DNA from: Minisyncoccota bacterium
GTDB lineage: Bacteria > Patescibacteriota > Minisyncoccia > Phycocordibacterales > UBA5272
Assembly (NCBI GenBank): GCA_041651055.1
Contig: JBAZJW010000001.1
Span: 536,506 to 600,505, forward strand
Direction of reading: 5' to 3'
DNA length: 64,000 nt
The position numbers were made by a program, and so were the translations under genes. Positions 29,233 to 38,344 of the stretch are shown one piece after another. The notes under the pieces are model-generated. The model was given only the letters and a program-made list of their open reading frames with translations, searched no databases and was not told the DNA's origin. Each line of letters starts with the position of its first letter. Within the stretch, counting starts at the first letter, position 1.

Positions 29233-29985
29233 TTACTCTGAGATTTCCCTATACGGATCCACATTGTACTTCGTCGGCGCGGTGCTGTAGGTCGCAGCTT
29301 GAAGTTTTGGCTTCGCCGTTGTCACCCCCTGATCACCGAACATATAGTCTTCCAGTGCGACGGTTTGATCAAGAGAAACATCTTCCTTTTTTTCTATCGA
29401 AGCGATTTGCTCTTGTATATGAGAAAGTCTAGCCTCCACCTCCTCATCATTTGGAATAGATCCTAAGATTTGTAATTGTTCGAGAAGTTGTGAGCGTGAT
29501 CCAGGTGTAAGAACGAAAGGTTTTTTCTGAGCCGGCTTAACCCCTTTCGATACCTCTGACTGATCTTTTACCATTCCTGACTCGCGTTTTGTGGTATCGA
29601 GAATTTCTTTTCGTAATTCGTCGGGAGATCTTTCTCCTTGAAAGACAAGCTCCTTGACCCCACCTTCTGCTTTTCCAAGAATAGAAATGCGGGCCTTTTC
29701 GAGAATACTTTTTTCTAGGTCGGTTGCAATTTTATATGCGTCTTCTGGGGAGACTTTTACAAGATCTTGAAGTGCAAGAAGAACATCTTTAGGCTCAAGT
29801 GCTCCGATAAGAATAAAAGAAATGACATTTGAGAGCGCGACGTATGCGTTTACGGGAAGATTATATGTCTTTCCTAAAATTGCTGTTGCCTTATTAACCT
29901 CATCTCCTTCGATGAGATGTTGAACATCTGCTGGGGCTGCATCGAACAATTCATCTAAGTTTTTTGCTATGTATGGAGGGTTCAT
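29233..29985 (-). CDS. Hypothetical cytoplasmic protein in T4SS-like locus
   Basis: Long ORF closely coupled to the upstream gene; C-terminal DPYRE motif. Confidence 0.7.
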   Translation of the reverse strand: MNPPYIAKNLDELFDAAPADVQHLIEGDEVNKATAILGKTYNLPVNAYVALSNVISFILIGALEPKDVLLALQDLVKVSPEDAYKIATDLEKSILEKARISILGKAEGGVKELVFQGERSPDELRKEILDTTKRESGMVKDQSEVSKGVKPAQKKPFVLTPGSRSQLLEQLQILGSIPNDEEVEARLSHIQEQIASIEKKEDVSLDQTVALEDYMFGDQGVTTAKPKLQAATYSTAPTKYNVDPYREISE

Positions 29986-29988
29986 AGA

Positions 29989-32961
29989 TTATACAGTTGC
30001 TGCGGCTCCTGCGGGAGAGGGTGTAACAGTTGGAGGCCGTGTTATGGTTTCACCTGATGAGGAAGATCCTCCTTGGGCTTTTTTAATTGTTTCCACCGCA
30101 AGGTCTTCAAAAGGAACAAAGTTGTCTGCTCCTCCACTCTTTGGAGAAGGGCTTGTTGGTGGTGTTGTTATTGAACCTTCTTCCGCCGCATCATCTCCTT
30201 TTTGAGCTCTGGCAATAGTTTCTGCTGCAAACTGTTCTGATGCCTGTTGCTGTTCGTGTGTTTGAGTATCAATAAGATTTATTGCACTTTTTTGTTTTTC
30301 TTCACGTCTCTTCGCTGTTCTTTCAGAAAAAGATTCTATTTGTGGATTAAATGAAGAAGAATTAAAAGTCTTCTGCATGTTCACGACATCGCTTGCCGAC
30401 ATTACAGACGGAGGGTTTGTGATTCCGTTTGGATTTGTCCGTTGAGCATTATTTGGAGGAGGTGTAACACCTCGCACAGGGGCGACGAAGGAATTATTTC
30501 CTACGGCGCCACGTACTCTAGGAGTATTTTGTCTAAAGATTGCAGGTTGTTGATTTGGTTGCCATGGAGTTCTCGGAGTTCCTGCTGGAACATTTCCTGT
30601 CGGTGCAACAAAAGGAGTTCCGGGTGTTGTTGGGTTTGTCGTTTGGTTTTGTGCATTAACTGCCTGAGCTGTCATAACCGCTTGAGTTGCGGCGCTCGGT
30701 TGCCCTTGAAGGTTTGTAGCCATTGTTCCGAAAGCTGAAACTCCAGGACTTACCGTATTTGCTTGCGATGTAATTTGATCTCGAAGACTTTTTGGCAAGC
30801 TTTCAAAAAAGGCATCTTTTCTGTCTCCGTCTTTCATGCTATTGTACTTTTTCACCTGATCTCCTTCCTCTTCTTTTATTTTTGCTGCAGTTATTTGCCC
30901 ATCAGTACGAATTCCTCCGATGTTGGCACCTTGTAATTGCCCTCCACTTGATTTTTGTGTCAGATATTTTTCACGAGCATCTCCATCTTTAATGCTTGCA
31001 TACTTCGAGCGCATTGCCTTATCTTTTTCAGCGAAGGTTTTATCATATGTCGCATCTGATCCTTTGCTCATACCTCCCATGCCCATGATTCCAGCGCCCA
31101 TGCCAGCCTTGGTCAGACCCTTATTCACTGCTCCAATATTTCTCGCGTCATATGTGCTCGTTGCAAGAGAATTCGTGAGAGAATAAAGGCCTCGCCCTGT
31201 TCGACTGCCTTGCATCTTATCCATCCATCCACTGTCTCGTGCGCTCGCCGCGATCTTTCCTGCTGTTCCTCGTGCGAGGAATCCTGCACCCCCTGTCGCC
31301 ACACCGAGACCGAATCCTCCGACTTTACCCATCGCATCTGTGGCAAAGGTTCCTGCTTCTCCTGCGATTTTCTTGGTAACTTTCATTGTAATATTGAGCA
31401 TGATGAGCATCATCGCAAGGTTGAAGAATGTCACGATTGTCCCCTCGCCTGTACCAGAAAGCCCAGATAAAGAACCTGCACTTTGTTGCAAAAGTCCTGG
31501 CTTATTAAACACGTCCATAAATTTTAGAGAAAGCGCAAGCATTATCATAAACACAGGAGCCACAACAAGTTGTTCAAAGAATAGTTTTCGAAGCGTTTTT
31601 GCTTTTTCTCCAAGAGCAGGAATCACACTGTCTACGAAAAGTATAGGAGAAGCGACAGTGAGAAATATTAAAAGTGCCGTACGTACAATTATTATTCCAG
31701 CTGCCATAAAGAATATGTATGCGGCATACAAAACAAAGACGACGGCCATAAGGGCTCCTGCGGTGGTATTGATTCCGCCAACAAGCCCTTTTGACGAAGA
31801 GTCTCCTGCCACTTTAGTGGCGCTCATTACAAGGTCTTGCAGTCCAAGCTTATTCATAATAAGTGCCCCCGGGGTACTCTTTCCTGCGCTAAACAAATCA
31901 GCAAGACTTCCTGAGAGTGCATCTGGACCTACAGCACTTGAGTATATATTTAGTGCAACTATATTAGAGACATCAATGAGCGTGCGCGTGAGCGGGTATG
32001 AAAAGTTTACGAAAAGTGCGAAGATGATAAGCCATGGGAAAAAAGCTTCAAAGGTTTTTTCTCTTCCAATGATATACATGAAACCAAGATACAGCCCCGC
32101 GAACACAATGAAGAGCGATACGATTTGCCGTACAATGGCCCAAATAGGATAAAGGTCGGATGTTGCCCATTTGCTGAAATTAAGAATACCGAGCTGCACT
32201 CCATAGTTGAGAACGTTTGCCCCGAACCACACAAGGAATCCCGCAATCTGAAGGAGTGTGTTTTTAATAATCCACCCAATGAGTGAGTCAATACAGGCAA
32301 CAAGGTTTCCTGAGGCGAGACTACAGTCACTTGGACGAGTGTCACGAACTACCGCCGGAGTGTTTGTGTTTCCTGCAGCTGCTGCAGTAATTGTTGAAGG
32401 GTTGTTTTGAACATTGGCCAGATCGCTTCCCGCAGTAGTATTTCCTGATTTTATTTGTAGAGCAGTTAATAGTGCTCCAGTTTGTATTTCTTTTGTGTAC
32501 TGATCATACGCACCTCTTTGAGGTGCACTTGCACTGTATTTATTGATTAAATTTTTACTAGCTGCACCGTCAACAGAGCTTTGCCAAGCTTGGATGGCTT
32601 TAATTTGAGCATCTACAGCCGGAGTTGCTTTTTGTTTTTCTGCTTCAAAAACAGAGGAGTAAGCGCTAAAACTTAAAAGTTCGGCACTTTTAAAGTCTAA
32701 GGTCGCCTGTCTTTGAATGGTATAAGTTGGAGAGTTTGCGTCTACGGTGAGAAGCTTGTCATCAAGAGCTTTTATGAAGGCATCATGATCAGATTTTACA
32801 ATCCCAAAAAAATAGTCATAAGTTCCTTGAGAATTAAGTGCATTCCCCGTTGCTGTTTGACTGTCTGTCGCTTGTGCAAAAGCTCTCTCCGGCATCACAA
32901 ATCCACCCAACACGCCGACAAACATGAGAGAAATAACAGCATACAACCCTAGTCTTTTCAT
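29989..32961 (-). CDS. VirB6/TrbL-like polytopic membrane protein with long low-complexity C-terminal tail
   Basis: Start MKRLGLY; WAIVR, ALFVNFS...IDVSN, several TM helices, Gly-rich then Pro/Gln/Thr-rich tail. Confidence 0.75.
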   Translation of the reverse strand: MKRLGLYAVISLMFVGVLGGFVMPERAFAQATDSQTATGNALNSQGTYDYFFGIVKSDHDAFIKALDDKLLTVDANSPTYTIQRQATLDFKSAELLSFSAYSSVFEAEKQKATPAVDAQIKAIQAWQSSVDGAASKNLINKYSASAPQRGAYDQYTKEIQTGALLTALQIKSGNTTAGSDLANVQNNPSTITAAAAGNTNTPAVVRDTRPSDCSLASGNLVACIDSLIGWIIKNTLLQIAGFLVWFGANVLNYGVQLGILNFSKWATSDLYPIWAIVRQIVSLFIVFAGLYLGFMYIIGREKTFEAFFPWLIIFALFVNFSYPLTRTLIDVSNIVALNIYSSAVGPDALSGSLADLFSAGKSTPGALIMNKLGLQDLVMSATKVAGDSSSKGLVGGINTTAGALMAVVFVLYAAYIFFMAAGIIIVRTALLIFLTVASPILFVDSVIPALGEKAKTLRKLFFEQLVVAPVFMIMLALSLKFMDVFNKPGLLQQSAGSLSGLSGTGEGTIVTFFNLAMMLIMLNITMKVTKKIAGEAGTFATDAMGKVGGFGLGVATGGAGFLARGTAGKIAASARDSGWMDKMQGSRTGRGLYSLTNSLATSTYDARNIGAVNKGLTKAGMGAGIMGMGGMSKGSDATYDKTFAEKDKAMRSKYASIKDGDAREKYLTQKSSGGQLQGANIGGIRTDGQITAAKIKEEEGDQVKKYNSMKDGDRKDAFFESLPKSLRDQITSQANTVSPGVSAFGTMATNLQGQPSAATQAVMTAQAVNAQNQTTNPTTPGTPFVAPTGNVPAGTPRTPWQPNQQPAIFRQNTPRVRGAVGNNSFVAPVRGVTPPPNNAQRTNPNGITNPPSVMSASDVVNMQKTFNSSSFNPQIESFSERTAKRREEKQKSAINLIDTQTHEQQQASEQFAAETIARAQKGDDAAEEGSITTPPTSPSPKSGGADNFVPFEDLAVETIKKAQGGSSSSGETITRPPTVTPSPAGAAATV

Positions 32962-33308
32962 GGGTTTAGTGTACCACAAGAATCTTGGCAAATTAGTGCA
33001 CAGAGGGTAAGAGAAAGCTAGAAGTTGGAAGCTAAAGGCTAGAAGCTTACACGGGGGAATATTCAACCTGCCTGCGCAGGCAGGTGAAACAATTTTCAAT
33101 ATTCAAACATTATTCAAAATTCAAACGCCGCAATTACAATGACCGTCATTGCACAGGGCCCGCAATGACGGTCATTGTAATGTGTAATTGTATGTATCTG
33201 TATTTCTCTAAACTTTACACTTTATTTCTTTACACCTTCACCCAGCCCTCCCATCTCTTACCTTTTCACCCTCCCCTTTATTCCTTTACACTCTTATCTT
33301 GTACACTT

Positions 33309-35063
33309 TTACCACATCTCTAGTCGTTGACGTGTAGACGCGCAGTCGGCTTGGTACGTTGTGAGAGCCCCTCCTTCAAGCGAAGCTGTCTCAGCCTCTC
33401 CTTTGTATGTCTGGTAATCCCCTTCTCTTGATATTCCTGAAGTAAGGCTTGGTAATTTTTGAGAATCGACTTGGTTTTGATATGCATTAAAGGTATTTAG
33501 AATTTCTTCACTAGAAAGAGATGCTTCTATTTTGTTCTGTGTGTTTGTTACCAGTGTTTTTGTTGTTCCTATTAGAGAAATTTCTGCTCTAAGTTTTACA
33601 ATAAGTGCGTCATTACTTGCCTTCTTCCCTGTGTAGTAGTTTGTAAATGAAGCCTGTGTCGCGCTCGCTTGTGACTGAGGGTAATCTGCTACAAGCTTGT
33701 CATAACACGCCTTTACGGTATCTATTTGACCTTGAAAGACTTGAACACTAGAAATGAAGCTTTGATCTGTTGTTTCTAGTGTTGCAAGGGACTCTGCGTG
33801 CATAGCGAGCTGGTCTTTTGTCGGCTTGGTTAGTGTTGTCTTTGCTGTAGGGTTGTTCGTTAAATCTTTTACAGGAACTGTCGTAGATGTCGTCGTTGTG
33901 TTATTCGGAGTAACAGCAGTGACGGTGGTCGTTTGTCCACCAACGGTTGCCTGTGCCGTAGAAGCCCCTCCGCCAGAACCTCCTCCACTAAGAGGACTCA
34001 TTATGCCGTTAATAAGACCGATTGTTGTGAAAGCTGTACTGATAAGTGATCCCGCCCCTTTTCCGAATCCTGCAAGTGCAACTTTTGTTGGTCCATCGAT
34101 TGCTCCTTTGAATGAATTATTGAGCACACTCGCTGCTTGCTGTATTTCTTCTTGAATACAAGGAAGGCTTAGAGCGGCTGCCCCCGTTACCGTTACTCCA
34201 TTGGCATCAGTCGTCGTTCTTTTCGTACACACGGTTTTACTTTTTATTCCACCTCCTGCCGCTGTGTCTGCTTTGGCAAGTTCTACTTTATCTGCCGCCG
34301 CCTTATCTATTACTTGCTGAGAGAGTACGGATTTTGTGTATGCGTTATCCCCTCCTGTTGTGGCAAGCCAGTTGTCCCATGAAGGATTTATTGCTGACAC
34401 TGCTTTGATTGCAGCGAGTGTTTTCGGATCTGACAAGCTTCCGCAGAGAGCGTTGTTGAGCTCTGTTTTGCGTGCCGTATATTGTGCTTGTGTATAGTTC
34501 GGATTGACTGACATTACGTCGAGCTTCGCCTGGGCAGAGAGGGCTGCGTCGGTGCACCTGGTTTTCTGTTCTGCCGCCGGAATACCGGAGGCTCCAAGTA
34601 TTGCAAGCTTTGTAGAAAGTGGAGCTGCGTCGAATTTTGTGGTTGCAATAACAGAACCCAAAATACTATTACTATATACGCCATTTTGTTTTGCGATATC
34701 GCCAAGACTTGCGTTTACTACTGCAAGTGTTTTGTTTTGAAGGTATAACTCTGGATTCTTAATGAGAAGTGCCTCTGTCCCAAGAGATCCTTTAATAAGA
34801 TTTTGAATAGCGTCCCCTGACTGCATAATACTGATGAGCGTCATCGCGTCTCTCATTGGAATGAGGACGTTATCATTTATTGTGGCAAGGGTTTGCTGTG
34901 TTGCTGTTATCGGTGTTGCAAAAGCCGTGATGGTTTCTTTCACTGCATCGAACCATCCCTGTACTACATTTTTACAGTTGGAACAATAAATAGCATTTAC
35001 CTGTTGAGGTGTGGAAGAATAGAGAATCGTTGTAAAGAGAACACTGAGAATAATTTTTTTCAT
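33309..35063 (-). CDS. Secreted helical protein (possible VirB5-like component)
   Basis: Signal peptide, CSNC, several Cys pairs, coiled-coil C-terminus. Confidence 0.6.
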   Translation of the reverse strand: MKKIILSVLFTTILYSSTPQQVNAIYCSNCKNVVQGWFDAVKETITAFATPITATQQTLATINDNVLIPMRDAMTLISIMQSGDAIQNLIKGSLGTEALLIKNPELYLQNKTLAVVNASLGDIAKQNGVYSNSILGSVIATTKFDAAPLSTKLAILGASGIPAAEQKTRCTDAALSAQAKLDVMSVNPNYTQAQYTARKTELNNALCGSLSDPKTLAAIKAVSAINPSWDNWLATTGGDNAYTKSVLSQQVIDKAAADKVELAKADTAAGGGIKSKTVCTKRTTTDANGVTVTGAAALSLPCIQEEIQQAASVLNNSFKGAIDGPTKVALAGFGKGAGSLISTAFTTIGLINGIMSPLSGGGSGGGASTAQATVGGQTTTVTAVTPNNTTTTSTTVPVKDLTNNPTAKTTLTKPTKDQLAMHAESLATLETTDQSFISSVQVFQGQIDTVKACYDKLVADYPQSQASATQASFTNYYTGKKASNDALIVKLRAEISLIGTTKTLVTNTQNKIEASLSSEEILNTFNAYQNQVDSQKLPSLTSGISREGDYQTYKGEAETASLEGGALTTYQADCASTRQRLEMW

Positions 35064-35068
35064 AGATA

Positions 35069-36001
35069 TTATTTAGGAGTATATCCTACGGTGAAGACGT
35101 ACCCTTTTTCTTTTGATGTAAAGCTTATATTTTTTGAATCAAAATAATGAGAAAGTTCTTGGTGAATACGAAGCACAGACATTGTGCTATTTTGATATTT
35201 TTGAAAAGCAAGTGTTGCACGAAGTGGGTCCGTGGAGGCGTGTGAAAGGTCTCCTAATGTGTCTCTATATAACGCTATACGGTTAATTGCCAGTAAATGG
35301 TATGCAGAAGCCGACAAAGGAACAGGTAACGCTAGCAACTTTTTTAATTTTGCATCAACTCGAGTGTAATTCTTTGCCAAAGGTGCAAGATCCTCTGCTT
35401 TTTTTGTATCTGTGAAATTTTGTACTGCAGTAAGGTCTTCCAGTGCTGCTTGCTCTGTAATAACATCATCCAGAATTACAGCAACTGCATTTCCATACAC
35501 CCGCACAGTTTCGTTTGCTTCATTTTTTACAACGTTGAGATCTTTAAAAGAATACGTTGTCGGAACCATTTTTGCGGCTTCTTCTGCCATTAATTGATTC
35601 ACGACATTTTGTTGTGATGCTTCATCGGTAATGTTGTTGCTTTCGAGGTATGTCGAAGCAACATAGAGATTTTTTGAAAATGATGAGGTAAGGTTGTTCG
35701 GATCATTAAGTGCCGCTATGGCTTTCGGGTCTGGTTGCGAATTTTGCAATTCTTGAGCCGCTGCAGCACCTCCTTCAGAACTTAGAATAAGTTCTTTCCA
35801 GCTTATTTGTCCGTTGCCATCCGCATCTTTTGCGAAATCATTCACCGTGGTCAACTTATTGAAGTCCACAGGTGTGTAATTGCTTACTTGCGGCTTGACT
35901 CCTATCCACCTTGCAGGAACAAAAGCACTCATAATTAAAAGCATAACGATACCTCCGATAATAAGGAGAGGTTTTGAAGGTGAGACAGGTTGGGGATTCA
36001 T
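35069..36001 (-). CDS. Membrane-anchored protein with EF-hand-like DADGNGQISWKE motif
   Basis: Start MNPQPVS preceded by TATACT; TM; Dx[DN]xDG-like loop. Confidence 0.7.
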   Translation of the reverse strand: MNPQPVSPSKPLLIIGGIVMLLIMSAFVPARWIGVKPQVSNYTPVDFNKLTTVNDFAKDADGNGQISWKELILSSEGGAAAAQELQNSQPDPKAIAALNDPNNLTSSFSKNLYVASTYLESNNITDEASQQNVVNQLMAEEAAKMVPTTYSFKDLNVVKNEANETVRVYGNAVAVILDDVITEQAALEDLTAVQNFTDTKKAEDLAPLAKNYTRVDAKLKKLLALPVPLSASAYHLLAINRIALYRDTLGDLSHASTDPLRATLAFQKYQNSTMSVLRIHQELSHYFDSKNISFTSKEKGYVFTVGYTPK

Positions 36002-36107
36002 ATCTGTCAGTATACATTGAAAAAGAATACAAAAGATTGGTATGTTAACATTCTTTCTCCTTGAGACCAGGCTGGTCTTTTTTTGTTTTAAATATTTTTT
36101 TAAAGTC

Positions 36108-36256
36108 TTCTCTTTTTTCACCTCAACCCTTTATATCAAACGACATACTTTTCTGCTGAAAAGTTGCCTCCTACTCCCGCCGTCGCGGGTCGACTGGTGA
36201 TTAGCCGACACCTGTAGACGGTCCGTGAGTTTATATAAAAGGTTAGGTGAGGAGTA
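36108..36256 (-). repeat. About 116-bp element, right copy with 33-nt insert
   Basis: Reverse complement matches 21660-21775 with 2 substitutions plus insert TCTACAGGTGTCGGCTAATCACCAGTCGACCCG. Confidence 0.9.
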
Positions 36257-36339
36257 TTGGGTTCAATATAGTACTCTCAAGCACACTGCAAGGCGAGGCC
36301 TTGTGGCCACAAGGCCTCGCCTTGCAGCCCCCCTTTTTT

Positions 36340-37140
36340 TTATTTCACCAGATCTTTCACAAGTTTCGAAAGCGAAAGCCATTCCGAAAGCGGCACATCT
36401 TCTGCGCGGACTTTTTCGGAAAGAGAGAGCGACTGAAAAAGAGAAAGAAAGTCCACCTTAGGAACCCCCTCTTTTAAGTTTGAAATGAGGAACTTTCTTT
36501 TGTGAGCAAAGCCGGATTTTACGATTGTAAAAAATAGATCTTCATGAGCACGAGAGTCAAAGTTTTTACGTGAAATGTTTTCTACGGAAAGCACAGCGCT
36601 GTCGACGGTAGGAATCGGATTGAAGCTTCCTTTGTTCACACGATAGACAAGCTTCGGGTCGCCGTAGGCTTTTACAGCAAGCGAAAGAATGGATTCCTTG
36701 CCGTCACGCGCTACGATGCGCTCTGCTACTTCTTTTTGTACGAGCACCACCATGTGTGTCGGCTGAAGCACATCAGAAAGATACCGCCTGAGAATTGCCC
36801 CTGTGATGTAGTATGGAATATTAGCGATAAGCTTGTAGCCTTTGGCGAGTGACTTGTGGTCCGCTGGGTCAAAGGTGAGAGCGTCCCCTTCCACGAGAAG
36901 CAACTTCTCATTTTGTAATTCAGATGGGAAGTTTTCAGTAAGTAATGGGAGTAATTCTTGGTCCTTTTCAAGAGCGACGACAGTGGCTCCGGCTTCTAGA
37001 ATACCCTTAGTGAGAAAGCCTTTTCCAGGTCCAATCTCAAGAACTGTATCGGTCGGTAAAAGGCGACCGGCGGCAACGATAGCCATACGGGCTGGAATTG
37101 ATGTCAGGAAGTTTTGACCGAGAGATTTTTTGGGAAGCAT
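36340..37140 (-). CDS. rsmA: 16S rRNA dimethyladenosine transferase
   Basis: KKSLGQNFL, VLEIGPGKG, ANIPYYIT, QKEVAER. Confidence 0.97.
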   Translation of the reverse strand: MLPKKSLGQNFLTSIPARMAIVAAGRLLPTDTVLEIGPGKGFLTKGILEAGATVVALEKDQELLPLLTENFPSELQNEKLLLVEGDALTFDPADHKSLAKGYKLIANIPYYITGAILRRYLSDVLQPTHMVVLVQKEVAERIVARDGKESILSLAVKAYGDPKLVYRVNKGSFNPIPTVDSAVLSVENISRKNFDSRAHEDLFFTIVKSGFAHKRKFLISNLKEGVPKVDFLSLFQSLSLSEKVRAEDVPLSEWLSLSKLVKDLVK

Positions 37141-37172
37141 GATAAGACTCTACCACAGAGAAGTAAAAAGAT

Positions 37173-38117
37173 TTAATTAGTATACTGTGCGTCTTTAGGA
37201 AAAAGGTCCCCATTCCCTTTTGGTAGACTTTTAAGCATATTGATGCCTCCCATAAGAATAGCAGCATGTGGCACGAGAGACGCTATAGACATAAAAACTT
37301 TTCCTACTGTAATCTCCTCCCCTTTGTTAAGGCTTTCTTTTGCGTCCATTGCTTTTCCTGCCAGTTTTACAAGTCGAACAAAGCTACTTCCTACAGGAAA
37401 CGTTCCGACCACATCCATCAGCTTTCTTGTGTCTGCAAACGAAAGGTCTTCGCCTTTTTCGTGTACTGCCCTAAGTGTGTCATAAGATGTTTTTGTATAG
37501 TTGGCCATTTTACCGAGCGCGCCAACAGATCCTCCAAGTTTTGAGGCAAGGCTTGCAAGTGTCGCAGGGTTCTTCATATCAACAGTGCTTACTAGAGTGC
37601 TTACTAGACCCGTCGGAAGATCTGCTGCTTCATATTGAGAATCCTCGTCTTCATTCAAAGGTGTTTCGTTATTCGAAGATTCTTCTCTGCTTAGTTTTTC
37701 CGCCTCCTCTTCGATGGCTTCTCCCGTTGCAACAAGTGTCGTATCAATAGCCTCCATTATTTCTTTTTTTGATTCTGGTGAAACTTTTTCAGTGCTCATA
37801 CTTGCTTCTGCTATGGGCCCTTCGTGCAATGTTTCGACGTCCAAGCTTTTCATTTCTGTTCCAAAGGCGCCGCTAGTTGCTCCCATAAGGGTTAAGTACG
37901 CAAGCGCATTCTTCCCGACCGTTCCTACATTTTTTAATCTTTCTCGTAGTTCGTTTCTCTTTGAAGAGTCAGCTACCCCTATAAGAGAAGTCTCTAGTGA
38001 GGCATTTTTATTTTCTATAGCATTTCTATAAGCACGGATGCTGTCTAATGTGTTTGGCTTTCCTTCTTTTTCCTGCACAATAATAGGTTCTGTTTCCGTT
38101 GTAAGTTTTTCCGTCAT
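37173..38117 (-). CDS. Hypothetical protein with internal hydrophobic segments
   Basis: 314-aa ORF whose start overlaps the upstream stop (ATGA). Confidence 0.7.
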   Translation of the reverse strand: MTEKLTTETEPIIVQEKEGKPNTLDSIRAYRNAIENKNASLETSLIGVADSSKRNELRERLKNVGTVGKNALAYLTLMGATSGAFGTEMKSLDVETLHEGPIAEASMSTEKVSPESKKEIMEAIDTTLVATGEAIEEEAEKLSREESSNNETPLNEDEDSQYEAADLPTGLVSTLVSTVDMKNPATLASLASKLGGSVGALGKMANYTKTSYDTLRAVHEKGEDLSFADTRKLMDVVGTFPVGSSFVRLVKLAGKAMDAKESLNKGEEITVGKVFMSIASLVPHAAILMGGINMLKSLPKGNGDLFPKDAQYTN

Positions 38118-38275
38118 ATCGTTCCCAGCTTATGTTTAAGCTCCTCTATTCTTTGGGTGTCTCTCGCCACTTGTTCCTTTTTCTTTACTTGCTGTATCTC
38201 CCTCTCTATTGCAGCATATTCTTCATTGAGTATTTCTTGTATTTCGTTAAGTGTGGGAAGGAGAGGCTCTGTCAT
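38114..38275 (-). CDS. Small coiled-coil hypothetical protein
   Basis: MTEPLLPTLNEIQE...; TATACT 6 nt before ATG. Confidence 0.65.
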   Translation of the reverse strand: MTEPLLPTLNEIQEILNEEYAAIEREIQQVKKKEQVARDTQRIEELKHKLGTI

Positions 38276-38344
38276 GAGATAAGTATACCTTGAAAATAGA
38301 AACACCAAAATATACACATGAAAATTTTCCTACCCCCCTTTTTT

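Noticed and set aside
37173-38275. Toxin-immunity pair (PT-TG-like helices in the 314-aa protein)
   Set aside because: Resemblance is weak and there is no toxin domain downstream
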